In this document: positions 30,146 to 39,007 of the stretch, one piece after another
Numbering within the stretch: the first letter of the stretch is position 1
How the letters are laid out: the number at the start of each line of letters is the position of its first letter
NCBI GenBank assembly: GCA_963743165.1
Contig: CAVUOP010000009.1
Location: forward strand, 11,092-75,091
DNA: 64,000 nucleotides
Origin: an uncultured Solirubrobacterales bacterium
GTDB lineage: Bacteria > Actinomycetota > Thermoleophilia > Solirubrobacterales > Solirubrobacteraceae
Direction: 5' to 3'
Translations under genes and position numbers: made by a program
The notes under the pieces: model-generated
Databases searched by the model: none
What the model was told of the DNA's origin: nothing
What the model saw: only the letters and a program-made list of their open reading frames with translations

Positions 30146-30381
30146 GCCTACGTCTCCAGATTTTAGTCGGAAACAAAATGCCTTCTCGCGCGGCATCAGG
30201 GATCTTCCGAAGCCGATCTCTACGGAACCCAATAGGACAGGGGGCTCATGCAAGCCTCAGCCAGGCACGCGACGGTTCCCGCAGAATTGCTCGTTTTGCC
30301 GAAGACCCGTCCGAAGCCCATGATCGAGGCGAGCCTCATTGGGGGCTCAGACACAATCTAACGACAGGAGACGTACATACA

Positions 30382-31059
30382 ATGTTCAAGATCAAGCTGT
30401 TGGTGGGACTTGCCAGCGTGATGGCAACCTTTGTTGCCTTGGCGGTCCCAGCCATGGCAGAATTTGAATCTGCCAACGCCAAATCACAAGGTGTAATCAA
30501 GACATTTCCTGCAGAAACCACCTTCGAAAGTGTCGAAGGTGGAGTGGGAGTCAAATGTAAATCGACCAACGCAGAAGAAAAAGTAGTAGCCGAAGGCGGC
30601 TGGCAGATCCAAGTCAAAGGCACTACCACGCAAGGAAAACTCTTCTACCAAGAACCCACGACCAAGGGACCACACGAGCAACTCAAAATAAAATGGGGCA
30701 TCTGCACAGGGCCAACCGGCGTAGCGGCTACGGTCGAATGCAACCTCCAAGTCGAGAGCAATGGGACCAATTCTAGCGCGACCGGAAGCCCATACTTTCC
30801 TGGTTGCAACGTTAAAGTCGGCACCGGTACAAACACCTGCACTATCATCGTACAGCCCGACGGCAACAAAGAACTACAAGGTACAACAGTAACTAATGGG
30901 GTTAACGGTGTTAAGATCGAAGCCAACACTCCGCACGTTTCATCGGTTACCCAGGAAACGCTGAGTCTATGCAAAACACTAGGCATCAAAGGAGGCCAAA
31001 GAACAGGTAAATACTTCACCAAAGGCGTTCTCGAAACCGAAGGCCAAAAACTAGTCTAG
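30382..31059 (+). CDS. Secreted 6-Cys beta-rich protein, copy B (candidate filament subunit)
   Basis: AGGAG RBS; signal peptide ending PAMA|EFES; same six Cys and ETEGQKLV end as 24225-24905. Confidence 0.8.
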   Translation: MFKIKLLVGLASVMATFVALAVPAMAEFESANAKSQGVIKTFPAETTFESVEGGVGVKCKSTNAEEKVVAEGGWQIQVKGTTTQGKLFYQEPTTKGPHEQLKIKWGICTGPTGVAATVECNLQVESNGTNSSATGSPYFPGCNVKVGTGTNTCTIIVQPDGNKELQGTTVTNGVNGVKIEANTPHVSSVTQETLSLCKTLGIKGGQRTGKYFTKGVLETEGQKLV

Positions 31060-31067
31060 CCCAACAA

Positions 31068-31094
31068 AACGGGGCCGCCCAAGGCGGCCCCGTT
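31068..31094. terminator. Hairpin terminator between convergent genes
   Basis: AACGGGGCCGCC-caa-GGCGGCCCCGTT with a T-tract on the minus strand. Confidence 0.7.
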
Positions 31095-31137
31095 GCCCTC
31101 AAACTTAGCACAGGCCCCAATCAAGGCCCACCCCAAA

Positions 31138-32304
31138 TCAGACCGCAGCCGGCTCCTCAATGCGACGAGGCAGCAGCGTCTCGCGTGCAATAACCAAGCG
31201 CTGGATCTGCGAGGTCCCCTCATACAGCTGCATGATCTTGGCATCCCGAAAGAGCTTCTCCACGGGGTAGTCCTTGATGAAACCGTACCCCCCGTATACC
31301 TGCACCGCTTCGGTAGCAACCTTCATGGCCGTATCGGCGGCAAAGCGCTTGGCGTGCGAGGAGACGAGCGTGTTGCGTTCGCCGTTATCGAGCATGACGG
31401 CAGACTTCCAGGTCAGCAAGCGCGCGGCTTCCACTTCGGTGGCCATGTCGGCGATGATGAACTGAATCGCCTGGTGCATGGCGATCGGCACCCCGAACTG
31501 CACGCGTTCCTTCGAGTACTCGGTAGCAAATTCAAACGCCGCGCGCGCGATGCCGGTGGCCATCGCCGCAACGCCGGGCCGCGTGCGGTCCAGCGTCATC
31601 ATCGCCAGCTTGAACCCCTTGTTTTCCTCGCCAAGCAAGTTCTCGGCGGGCACCTCAACGTCGTTGAAGGTGATGGTGGCCGTATTGGAGGCGCGCTGCC
31701 CAAGCTTGTCCTCCTTCTTGTCGACAACGACCCCCCAATCGCGCTCGACAACAAACGCGGAGATCCCGCGGTGCCCGGCCTCCTTGTCGGTCTTGGCGTA
31801 GACGGTGTAGTAGTCCGCATACCCCCCGTTGGTGATGAAGCACTTGGACCCATTGAGCACGTACTTGTCGCCCTTCTTGACGGCGGAGGTGCGCATCCCC
31901 GACACATCGGACCCCGCATCGGGCTCGGTCAAGCAGAAGGAGGCGAGCTTGGGCTCCTCGGTGAGCATGCCGAGGTACTTCTTCTTGGTCTCCTCGGAGC
32001 CACCGAGGGTGATAGGCGCAGTGGCCAGTCCGTTGCAGCCGAGCGAGGTCTGAATCCCTGAGCACCCCCAGGAGAGCTCCTCCTCGATGAGACAGCCCTC
32101 GAAGTAGCCGATCCCAGGTCCACCGTACTCCTCGGGGATGTGGGTGTTCATCAACCCAACCTCCCAGGCCTTCTGCAAGATCTCCTGAGGCCAGGTGCCG
32201 TCCTTGTCGAACTCCCAGGCGACAGGCCGAATCTCCTTCTCGGCGAAGTCGTGCGCCATCTCGCGCAGGTTCCTCTGCTCGTCAGTGAGCGTGAAATCGA
32301 CCAT
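31138..32304 (-). CDS. Acyl-CoA dehydrogenase
   Basis: CLTEPDAGSD, NGSKCFITNG, RVQFG, GGYG and YEGTSQIQ motifs. Confidence 0.95.
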   Translation of the reverse strand: MVDFTLTDEQRNLREMAHDFAEKEIRPVAWEFDKDGTWPQEILQKAWEVGLMNTHIPEEYGGPGIGYFEGCLIEEELSWGCSGIQTSLGCNGLATAPITLGGSEETKKKYLGMLTEEPKLASFCLTEPDAGSDVSGMRTSAVKKGDKYVLNGSKCFITNGGYADYYTVYAKTDKEAGHRGISAFVVERDWGVVVDKKEDKLGQRASNTATITFNDVEVPAENLLGEENKGFKLAMMTLDRTRPGVAAMATGIARAAFEFATEYSKERVQFGVPIAMHQAIQFIIADMATEVEAARLLTWKSAVMLDNGERNTLVSSHAKRFAADTAMKVATEAVQVYGGYGFIKDYPVEKLFRDAKIMQLYEGTSQIQRLVIARETLLPRRIEEPAAV

Positions 32305-32340
32305 TGTCTTCTCTCGATCTCCTATAGGTCGGGCGGTTAG

Positions 32341-32358
32341 ATTGACCAGTCAGTCAAT
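32341..32358. promoter_or_regulatory. TetR-type operator palindrome upstream of the acyl-CoA dehydrogenase
   Basis: ATTGACCAGTCAGTCAAT. Confidence 0.55.
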
Positions 32359-32455
32359 GACCCTGAAGGGTAGCGGAAGCACGGCGCGAGAGATAGCGGG
32401 GGCAAGTCGCAAGAGAACCTGCGCGATCCGAGCGCGGTGGGCGTAGGATCGGCAG

Positions 32456-33985
32456 ATGCGAATTGCCCTGGCACTGGCGGCCACCCTGGCGCTGCTGGCG
32501 CTTCCGAGCACGCTGGAGGCCCGCACCCAGCACCCCCTGACGGTGACGGCGGCCCTGCAGGCCCTGCAGCGCACAAACCAGATCACCGCCGCCGAATACG
32601 CGCGCTACGCCGGCGCATACAGCGCGGCACGCCGCAGCGAGACCCACCTAAGCGGCACGCGCCATACGGAGCTAGGCGGAGTGCTGAGGAACGTAGAAGC
32701 AATGGCGGCCAGCAAAGCCCTGATCCCAAGCCGCCTGCCGGTGGTCTTCCTGACGCTGGAACGCAACCGCGAATGGTGGACGACGAAGTACCTGCTGTCC
32801 CCCAAGTCCCGCGTGAGCGTCCCCGGCAGCAAGCTGGTGTGGGAGTACTACCCAGGCCAGGGCATAGAGATCCAGTGGCTAGGCACCTTCGGCACAGCCA
32901 ACGGCTACTACTCGGCCCACAACAACACGGCCCTCACCGAACTCCTAAACGAAGCGGCCTCCCTGGCGACCCACCGCGCAGGCGGCGTGGCGTGGGAGTA
33001 CCTGTTCCAGTTCGACGGCGGCCTACCCCCATGGACGAGCGGCCTCTCACAAGGCACGGCGCTGCAGGCCTTCAGCCGCGGCTTCTCACGCCTGCACAAC
33101 ACGGCCTACCTGACAACGGCCCAGCAGGCCCTAGGCATCTTCCAGAAACCCCCACCGGAAGGCGTGCGCGTAAGCACCCCCGCGGGCGCGGAGTACGCGG
33201 AGTACACATACGCCCCCAGCGACCACATCCTGAACGGCTTCATACAGGCGGTGATCGGCCTGTACGACTACACGTCGATCACACAGGACCCCCTAGGCCA
33301 GCAGCTGTTCGAAGCAGGCGACGCAGAGGCCCGCGCGGAGGTCCCCCACTACGACACGGGCGCGTGGTCGCTGTATGACCAGCACGAAGAATCGAACCTC
33401 AACTACCACGAACTACTGACGGAATTCCTGGAACACCTGTGCCAGCGCACCCAGACAGGCCTGCCGCTGACGCCAGCCCCAACCCCGGCGCCGACCCCGG
33501 CACCACCCACGACACCGGCCGTGCCAACCAACCCCACCGCAGCGGGAGGCACGCCAACGAGCACGACAAGCACCACCACCACGACGACGACCACCACAAG
33601 CTCCACGACGGCCCCCGCACCGACGCCGATCGCGGGCGACGCGATCTACTGCACGACAGGAGAACGCTTCAGAGCCGACATACATACGGCGCCGACAATC
33701 GAACTGCTGAGCACGACGCTGAAAGGCGGCACGCGTGCAGGCGTGCGGATCGCGCTGTCAAAGCTGGCAACGGTGTCGATGACGATCCACCAAGGCAGCC
33801 ATGCGGTGTGGAGCAGCCACACAACGCTGGCAGGCGGCAAGCCAAGACTGCTGTGGGTGACCCCCAGCCAAGGCGGCATCTACGAAGTGAGCCTGAGCGC
33901 AACGGACCTCGCGGGCAACCACGAAAGCGCAACGGGCACGATCGCGGTGTCAGCGGCGCCAGCCACCAAGGCTAAGCGGCACTAA
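32456..33985 (+). CDS. Secreted D-glucuronyl C5-epimerase-family protein with Pro/Thr linker
   Basis: WTSGLSQG, EY...ILNGFIQAVIGLYD, YDTGAWSLY and YH motifs. Confidence 0.7.
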   Translation: MRIALALAATLALLALPSTLEARTQHPLTVTAALQALQRTNQITAAEYARYAGAYSAARRSETHLSGTRHTELGGVLRNVEAMAASKALIPSRLPVVFLTLERNREWWTTKYLLSPKSRVSVPGSKLVWEYYPGQGIEIQWLGTFGTANGYYSAHNNTALTELLNEAASLATHRAGGVAWEYLFQFDGGLPPWTSGLSQGTALQAFSRGFSRLHNTAYLTTAQQALGIFQKPPPEGVRVSTPAGAEYAEYTYAPSDHILNGFIQAVIGLYDYTSITQDPLGQQLFEAGDAEARAEVPHYDTGAWSLYDQHEESNLNYHELLTEFLEHLCQRTQTGLPLTPAPTPAPTPAPPTTPAVPTNPTAAGGTPTSTTSTTTTTTTTTSSTTAPAPTPIAGDAIYCTTGERFRADIHTAPTIELLSTTLKGGTRAGVRIALSKLATVSMTIHQGSHAVWSSHTTLAGGKPRLLWVTPSQGGIYEVSLSATDLAGNHESATGTIAVSAAPATKAKRH

Positions 33986-34916
33986 TGTCCACGACAAGCT
34001 TGCCGCGCGTGTGCCCAGCGGCAAAATCAACAAACGCCTGCCCGGCCTCCCCGAAGGGATAGACGCGCGAGACCTCAACGCGCAGCGCCCCGGAGGCAGC
34101 GCGCGCGGCCAGATCCTCCAGATCGCCAGGCAGCAGCGTAAGGCTGACATACGAAGCAGTAATGCCACGCCCGAGCTCTGAAGGCCCACCAAGCGGCGAG
34201 ACAAAGCGCCCCGCAGGCCGCAGCGCACGAGCGCTGCCCAGCACGGCATCGCCGCCGTTGACGAGATCGATGACGCCGTCGACACCGCCAGGATGCACAG
34301 CAAGCGCAAGCTCGACAGGGTCCTCCGAGGTGTAATCGAGCGCATGCGTGGCCCCGAGCCCAAGCACGTACTCGGTCTCAGAAGGCCCGGCGGTAGCAAG
34401 CACTTCAACGCCAGCGGCAGCAGCGAGCTGCACGACAAACATGCCAATCCCCCCCGAGGCACCAATCACAAGCAGACTCTGCCCCGCGGCAGGTTCAAAG
34501 GCGCGCAGCAAGGTCTTGGCGGTGACCCCCGAGAGCGGCAGGGCAGCAGCATGCACGGCATCGAGCGCGGCAGGCCGCAAAGCCAGGTAATCCCCCACAT
34601 CGAGCAGCGCAAACTCAGCGATGGTCCCCGGAGTGCGCCCGAAGAAGCCAAAGATCTCTCCGCCGACAGCCACCCCCTGCACGCCATCGCCAAGCTCAAC
34701 AACGGTACCCGCGCCATCCATACCGGGCACGTAGGGAAACTCAAGCGAGGACGACCCCCCCTTAAAGGCCCCGGTGAGCTGCTTGAGGTCAAAAGGATTG
34801 AGCCCGGCAGCCCTGACGCGCACAAGCACCTGCCCACTCCCAGGCGTCGGCGCGGCCAGCTCGCCAAGAGCAAGCTGCGAAGGAGGACCGTAGTCCTGGA
34901 CAAGAAGCGCACGCAC
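33972..34916 (-). CDS. NADPH:quinone oxidoreductase / MDR family (start approximate)
   Basis: VRAAGLNPFD, PGMDGAG, IGASGGIG and GHTRGKLVV motifs. Confidence 0.85.
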   Translation of the reverse strand: MRALLVQDYGPPSQLALGELAAPTPGSGQVLVRVRAAGLNPFDLKQLTGAFKGGSSSLEFPYVPGMDGAGTVVELGDGVQGVAVGGEIFGFFGRTPGTIAEFALLDVGDYLALRPAALDAVHAAALPLSGVTAKTLLRAFEPAAGQSLLVIGASGGIGMFVVQLAAAAGVEVLATAGPSETEYVLGLGATHALDYTSEDPVELALAVHPGGVDGVIDLVNGGDAVLGSARALRPAGRFVSPLGGPSELGRGITASYVSLTLLPGDLEDLAARAASGALRVEVSRVYPFGEAGQAFVDFAAGHTRGKLVVDISAA

Positions 34917-34984
34917 GTCGCCGACCATTGTGCCCATATCGACCCCCGGCGTAAACCCCCCGCGGCCAGACATACAATCGGCCG

Positions 34985-35443
34985 GTGCCGCGAACGATCG
35001 ACATATGGGAGGAGCTGGACCCCGAGCAGCGCCTGGCAGGCGCGGCAGCAGTGGCCCTATTCGTAACGATGTTCCTGCCGTGGTACCAGCAGAACGCGGT
35101 GGTGAGCGCCAGGCGCCTGCAGCCCCTGGTGAGCCAGAACCTGAACGCATGGGCGGTGTTCTCGTTCGTGGAGGCAGCAGTACTCCTGGTCGCTGTCGCG
35201 GTCCTGGCCCTACTGATCGCCCGCGCCCAGCGCCGCAAGTTCCACCTGCCCGGCAGCGACGGCGCGGTGGTGCTGCTGGCAGGCATATGGGTGGCGGCGC
35301 TGCTGGTGTGGCGCCTGTTCGACAAGCCAGGCATCGGCGGCCGCGGCATCGCGGCGAACGTAGGCATCCAGTGGGGCATCTTCTTCGCACTGGCAGCGGC
35401 GGCCGCGATGGCCTGGGCCGGCGCGAGAATGCGTGCGGTCTAG
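34985..35443 (+). CDS. Hypothetical membrane protein (4 TM)
   Basis: Hydrophobic segments; FLPWY motif. Confidence 0.65.
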   Translation: MPRTIDIWEELDPEQRLAGAAAVALFVTMFLPWYQQNAVVSARRLQPLVSQNLNAWAVFSFVEAAVLLVAVAVLALLIARAQRRKFHLPGSDGAVVLLAGIWVAALLVWRLFDKPGIGGRGIAANVGIQWGIFFALAAAAAMAWAGARMRAV

Positions 35444-35468
35444 CGCGAGCGCGCTCATAAACTCACCG

Positions 35469-35744
35469 TCAGGCCGCGAGCGCCGCTTGAAGCGCGCTGG
35501 CCGCCAGATGGGCAGGCGGCCAGGTGAGCTGAAGCTCTCCGTCGCGGGCCAGCGCCCCCCGCACACCCATCAACTCCAATCCGACGATCGCCCCATGCTC
35601 GTCGTATTCCACGGTATGCCCCTCGGACGTCTCCAACGCCCGCGCGGCCCGCTCGGCGGGCGGCCCGACATGCAGGTACAGGACATCGCCACGCTCGTCA
35701 TAGTCGTGATAGTCGAACTGGATACCGGCAATCGTGATCGTCAT
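35469..35744 (-). CDS. DUF2283-like putative antitoxin
   Basis: YDERGDVLYL...EYDEHGAIVGLEL motif. Confidence 0.7.
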   Translation of the reverse strand: MTITIAGIQFDYHDYDERGDVLYLHVGPPAERAARALETSEGHTVEYDEHGAIVGLELMGVRGALARDGELQLTWPPAHLAASALQAALAA

Positions 35745-35845
35745 AGCTGGGCTCCACGGGGATCGTTGTCTTGCACAACTGCCGTCACAACCCACGCGGG
35801 ATCATCGCTGAAGTCTACGACGACCCGCATCCACCGCCCCGGCAT
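35741..35845 (-). pseudogene. C-terminal remnant of a DUF4258-like partner toxin
   Basis: MPGRWMRVVVDFSDDPAWVVTAVVQDNDPRGAQL*, with its TGA overlapping the DUF2283 ATG; no room for a full N-terminus. Confidence 0.45.
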
Positions 35846-35881
35846 CCCGCCAACCCACCGGCGCCTATCATTCCCCTGAGC

Positions 35882-36823
35882 ATGGGAACCCCTACGGGAC
35901 CAACGAGCACCCCCACCCAAGCCGCGGCCCCCGGCTTCGCGGAGCCGGGCAGCGCGGCAGACGTGGCCGAAGGCCTGCGCGCAGTCGGCTACCTCCCCGA
36001 AGAGGCAACGGCGCTGGTGGCCTACCTGGCGGCAAAGCTCGGCAAGCCCGTGCTGGTCGAGGGCCCGGCGGGCGTGGGCAAGACGGAGCTGGCAAAGGCG
36101 CTGGCCCGCTACCTGGGCCGCGAGCTGGTGCGTCTGCAGTGCTACGAGGGCCTCGACGAGGCGAAGGCGCTGTACGAGTGGAACTACCGCAAGCAGCTGC
36201 TGCGCATCCAGGCGGAGGCGGGAGACAAAGGCTGGAGCGACGTGCAGGAGGACATCTTCGGCGAGGAGTTCCTGCTGGCGCGCCCATTGATGAGCGCGAT
36301 CGCCAGCGAGCAGCCGGTAGTCCTGCTGATCGATGAGATCGACAAGACCGATCAGGAGTTCGAGGCGATGCTGCTGGAGGTCCTGTCGGACTTCCAGATC
36401 TCAATCCCCGAGCTGGGCCGGGTCCAGTCGAAAACCCACCCGGTGGTGCTGCTGACCTCAAACAACTCGCGCGAGTTGACAGAGGCGCTCAAGCGCCGCT
36501 GTCTGTACCTGTGGCTGGACTACCCAGCCCTCGAGCACGAGCTTGAGATCGTGAGGATGCACACCCCCGAGCTCCCCGAGACGGTGGCGCGCAAGCTGGT
36601 GGAGGTGATCGGCATGGTGCGCGACCTGGACCTGAAGAAGCCCCCCTCGATCGCGGAGTCGATCGACTGGGCGCGCGCGCTGCTGCTACTAGGCGTGAAG
36701 GACATCGACGCGCAGACGTTCAAGGAGACTTTGTCGGTGATCGTGAAGCACCGCACAGACATGGATGTGGTGTCCGAGCGGGTGGGCCTGAAGCTGGCGG
36801 CAGCCGATGCCAAGCCGGCCTGA
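35882..36823 (+). CDS. MoxR/CoxD-type AAA+ ATPase
   Basis: EGPAGVGKT, RLQCYEGLD, LLIDEIDK and EALKRRC motifs. Confidence 0.9.
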   Translation: MGTPTGPTSTPTQAAAPGFAEPGSAADVAEGLRAVGYLPEEATALVAYLAAKLGKPVLVEGPAGVGKTELAKALARYLGRELVRLQCYEGLDEAKALYEWNYRKQLLRIQAEAGDKGWSDVQEDIFGEEFLLARPLMSAIASEQPVVLLIDEIDKTDQEFEAMLLEVLSDFQISIPELGRVQSKTHPVVLLTSNNSRELTEALKRRCLYLWLDYPALEHELEIVRMHTPELPETVARKLVEVIGMVRDLDLKKPPSIAESIDWARALLLLGVKDIDAQTFKETLSVIVKHRTDMDVVSERVGLKLAAADAKPA

Positions 36824-38270
36824 CGCAGGGGCACTGCCCCCCCGCGACACTCCCCCCGACGGCCTGGCCGCGCGTCTGCTGGAACTAGGCGAGCAGCTGC
36901 GCGCCGAGGGCGTGGCGGTAGGCACGAGCGAGCTGCTGGACGCCTTCCGCGTCCTGGAGGAGATCGACTGGCGCCGCCAGGAGGACTTCCGCGAGGCACT
37001 CGCAACAACACTGGCCAAGAGCCAGGACGACCGTCGCATCTTCGAGATGGTGTTCGACCGCTTCTTCTTCCGCGCGGTGGAGCTGGCAGCCGCCCAGGAG
37101 GGCATCCGCGAGAACACCTCCGACGACGGCGAGCACGGCGACGCCCTGGGCGAAGAGAAGCGCCTATCCCTAGACGAGCTGACCCCAGAGGAGCTGGACG
37201 CCCTGCGCGCCCAGATCGCACAGGCGCTGCAGGAAGGCAGCGAGGGCGCGATGCGCGACCTGGCGCGCCTGGCGATTGCGGCCTTCGGCCGCCAGGAGAA
37301 CGGCTCGGGCGTGATCGGCGTGGACGTGCAGCGCATCCGCCGCTCACTCGGCCTACGCAGCGACCCACAGCCGGAGCTGCCCGAAGGCGACCCACGCCGC
37401 GAAGGCCTACCGCGCGATGCGCTGCGCCGCTTCGAGGCACTACTGCGCCGCGAGCTGGAACGCGCGCAGATCGAGCGCACGGGCAGCCTGCCCGCAGCCC
37501 GCCCCCTGGGCGACCTGGACCGCGCGCTCCCCAGCGGCCCGCTGCAGGACCTGGCGGCGGTGCACCGCGTGGTGGCGCAGCTGCGCCGGCGCCTGGCCAC
37601 GCAGGGCAAGCAGACGCGCGGGCACCGCAAGCACGCACATGTGGACGTGCGCCGCACGATGCGTGCATCGCTGCAGACAGGCGGCGTGCCGGTCGAGCTG
37701 AAGTACCGTCCCCGCCGCCCGCGCAGGCCCGAGATCTACGTCCTATGCGACGTATCAACAAGCGTGACGAGCGCATCGGTGTTCTTCCTGTCGGTGCTGC
37801 ACGCATTGCACGACAGCTTCCGCAAGATGCGCTCGTTCGTGTTCATCGAGCGGATCAGTGAGGTGACGGACGTCTTCGAACACGAGCGCGACTTCAAGGC
37901 GATGAGCGAAAAGATCGCGAGCGACGCGGGCGTGGCAGACATCAGCGGCTACACCGACTACGGCCGCGTGTGGTCGGAGCTCCTAGAGCTGGTGGAAGAC
38001 GATCTGCACCCCCGCGCGACGGTGATCGTGCTCGGCGACGCGCGCACGAACGGCCGCGACCCACGCGCCGACCTGTTCGCGCAGGTGGCGGCCAGAGCCG
38101 GCCGCACGTTCTGGCTGAACCCGGAGCCGAAGCTGTACTGGAACTACGGCGACTCGGTGATCGCCGCCTACGAGCGCCACTGCACAGCGTTCGAGTGCTG
38201 GACGACGGCGCAGCTGGAGGACTTCGTGAAGGCGCTGGCGCGACCTGAGCTGACCCTCAGAGTGCCGTGA
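36807..38270 (+). CDS. CoxE-like von Willebrand factor A domain protein
   Basis: DVRRTMR, CDVSTS (MIDAS), TDYG, GDARTN and WLNPE motifs. Confidence 0.88.
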   Translation: MPSRPDAGALPPRDTPPDGLAARLLELGEQLRAEGVAVGTSELLDAFRVLEEIDWRRQEDFREALATTLAKSQDDRRIFEMVFDRFFFRAVELAAAQEGIRENTSDDGEHGDALGEEKRLSLDELTPEELDALRAQIAQALQEGSEGAMRDLARLAIAAFGRQENGSGVIGVDVQRIRRSLGLRSDPQPELPEGDPRREGLPRDALRRFEALLRRELERAQIERTGSLPAARPLGDLDRALPSGPLQDLAAVHRVVAQLRRRLATQGKQTRGHRKHAHVDVRRTMRASLQTGGVPVELKYRPRRPRRPEIYVLCDVSTSVTSASVFFLSVLHALHDSFRKMRSFVFIERISEVTDVFEHERDFKAMSEKIASDAGVADISGYTDYGRVWSELLELVEDDLHPRATVIVLGDARTNGRDPRADLFAQVAARAGRTFWLNPEPKLYWNYGDSVIAAYERHCTAFECWTTAQLEDFVKALARPELTLRVP

Positions 38271-39007
38271 GAGTCCAGGGCGTGAGCATGGCCTACCGCC
38301 CCGAGCGCCGTGCGCCGGTGCAGGCCCTGAGCGACGTGTCACTGCACGCAAGCGAAGGTGAGCTGCTGGCGGTGGTGGGCCCAAGCGGCTGCGGCAAGAC
38401 GACGCTGCTAGAGCTACTGTGCGGACTGCGCAAGCCGGACGCCGGCATGATCGAATGCCCCCCCGCGGCGCTGATGCCCCAGCGCGACCTGCTGCTGCCG
38501 TGGCTGAGCGCACTGGACAATGCGGCGGTGGCGCTGCGCCTGGCCCACATGCCCAAGGCCAAGGCCAGAGCCCGTGCGAGCAAGGTGTTCGCCGAGTTGG
38601 GCCTGGAAGGCTTCGAGCAGGCCCGCCCCTACGAGCTCTCAGGCGGGATGCGTCAGCGCGTGGCGTTCGTGCGCACGCTGCTCTCCGGCAAGCAGGTCCT
38701 GTGCCTGGATGAGCCGTTCGGAGCACTGGACGCCATCACACGCGCGGAGATGCAGAACTGGCTGGTGGCGGCGCTCAGGCAGGAGCCGAGAACGGTGGTG
38801 CTGGTGACGCACGACGTGGAGGAGGCAGTGGTGCTAGCCGATCGGGTCGCGGTCCTCTCGCCGCGCCCGGGCCGCGTGGTGGAAACCCTGGAGGTAGGCC
38901 TCCCCCGCCCCCGCAGGCGCACCGACGCAACGGTGGTGGCGCTGCGCGAGCAGGCGCTGGAAGCCCTGGGGTCAGAGCGCACATCAGAGCGGGAGCAGGT
39001 GCGATGA
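38267..39007 (+). CDS. ABC transporter ATP-binding protein (TauB/SsuB type)
   Basis: GPSGCGKT, LSGGMRQR, LDEPFGALD and VTHD motifs. Confidence 0.92.
   Translation: MRVQGVSMAYRPERRAPVQALSDVSLHASEGELLAVVGPSGCGKTTLLELLCGLRKPDAGMIECPPAALMPQRDLLLPWLSALDNAAVALRLAHMPKAKARARASKVFAELGLEGFEQARPYELSGGMRQRVAFVRTLLSGKQVLCLDEPFGALDAITRAEMQNWLVAALRQEPRTVVLVTHDVEEAVVLADRVAVLSPRPGRVVETLEVGLPRPRRRTDATVVALREQALEALGSERTSEREQVR

Noticed and set aside
24912-31094. Hairpins as CRISPR repeats or IS ends
   Set aside because: Isolated stems between convergent genes; no regularly spaced array, cas gene or transposase.
33470-33630. ACC/ACG and CCG-rich low-complexity repeats (also 4780-4880 and 8440-8520)
   Set aside because: Ordinary Pro/Thr linkers inside secreted proteins.
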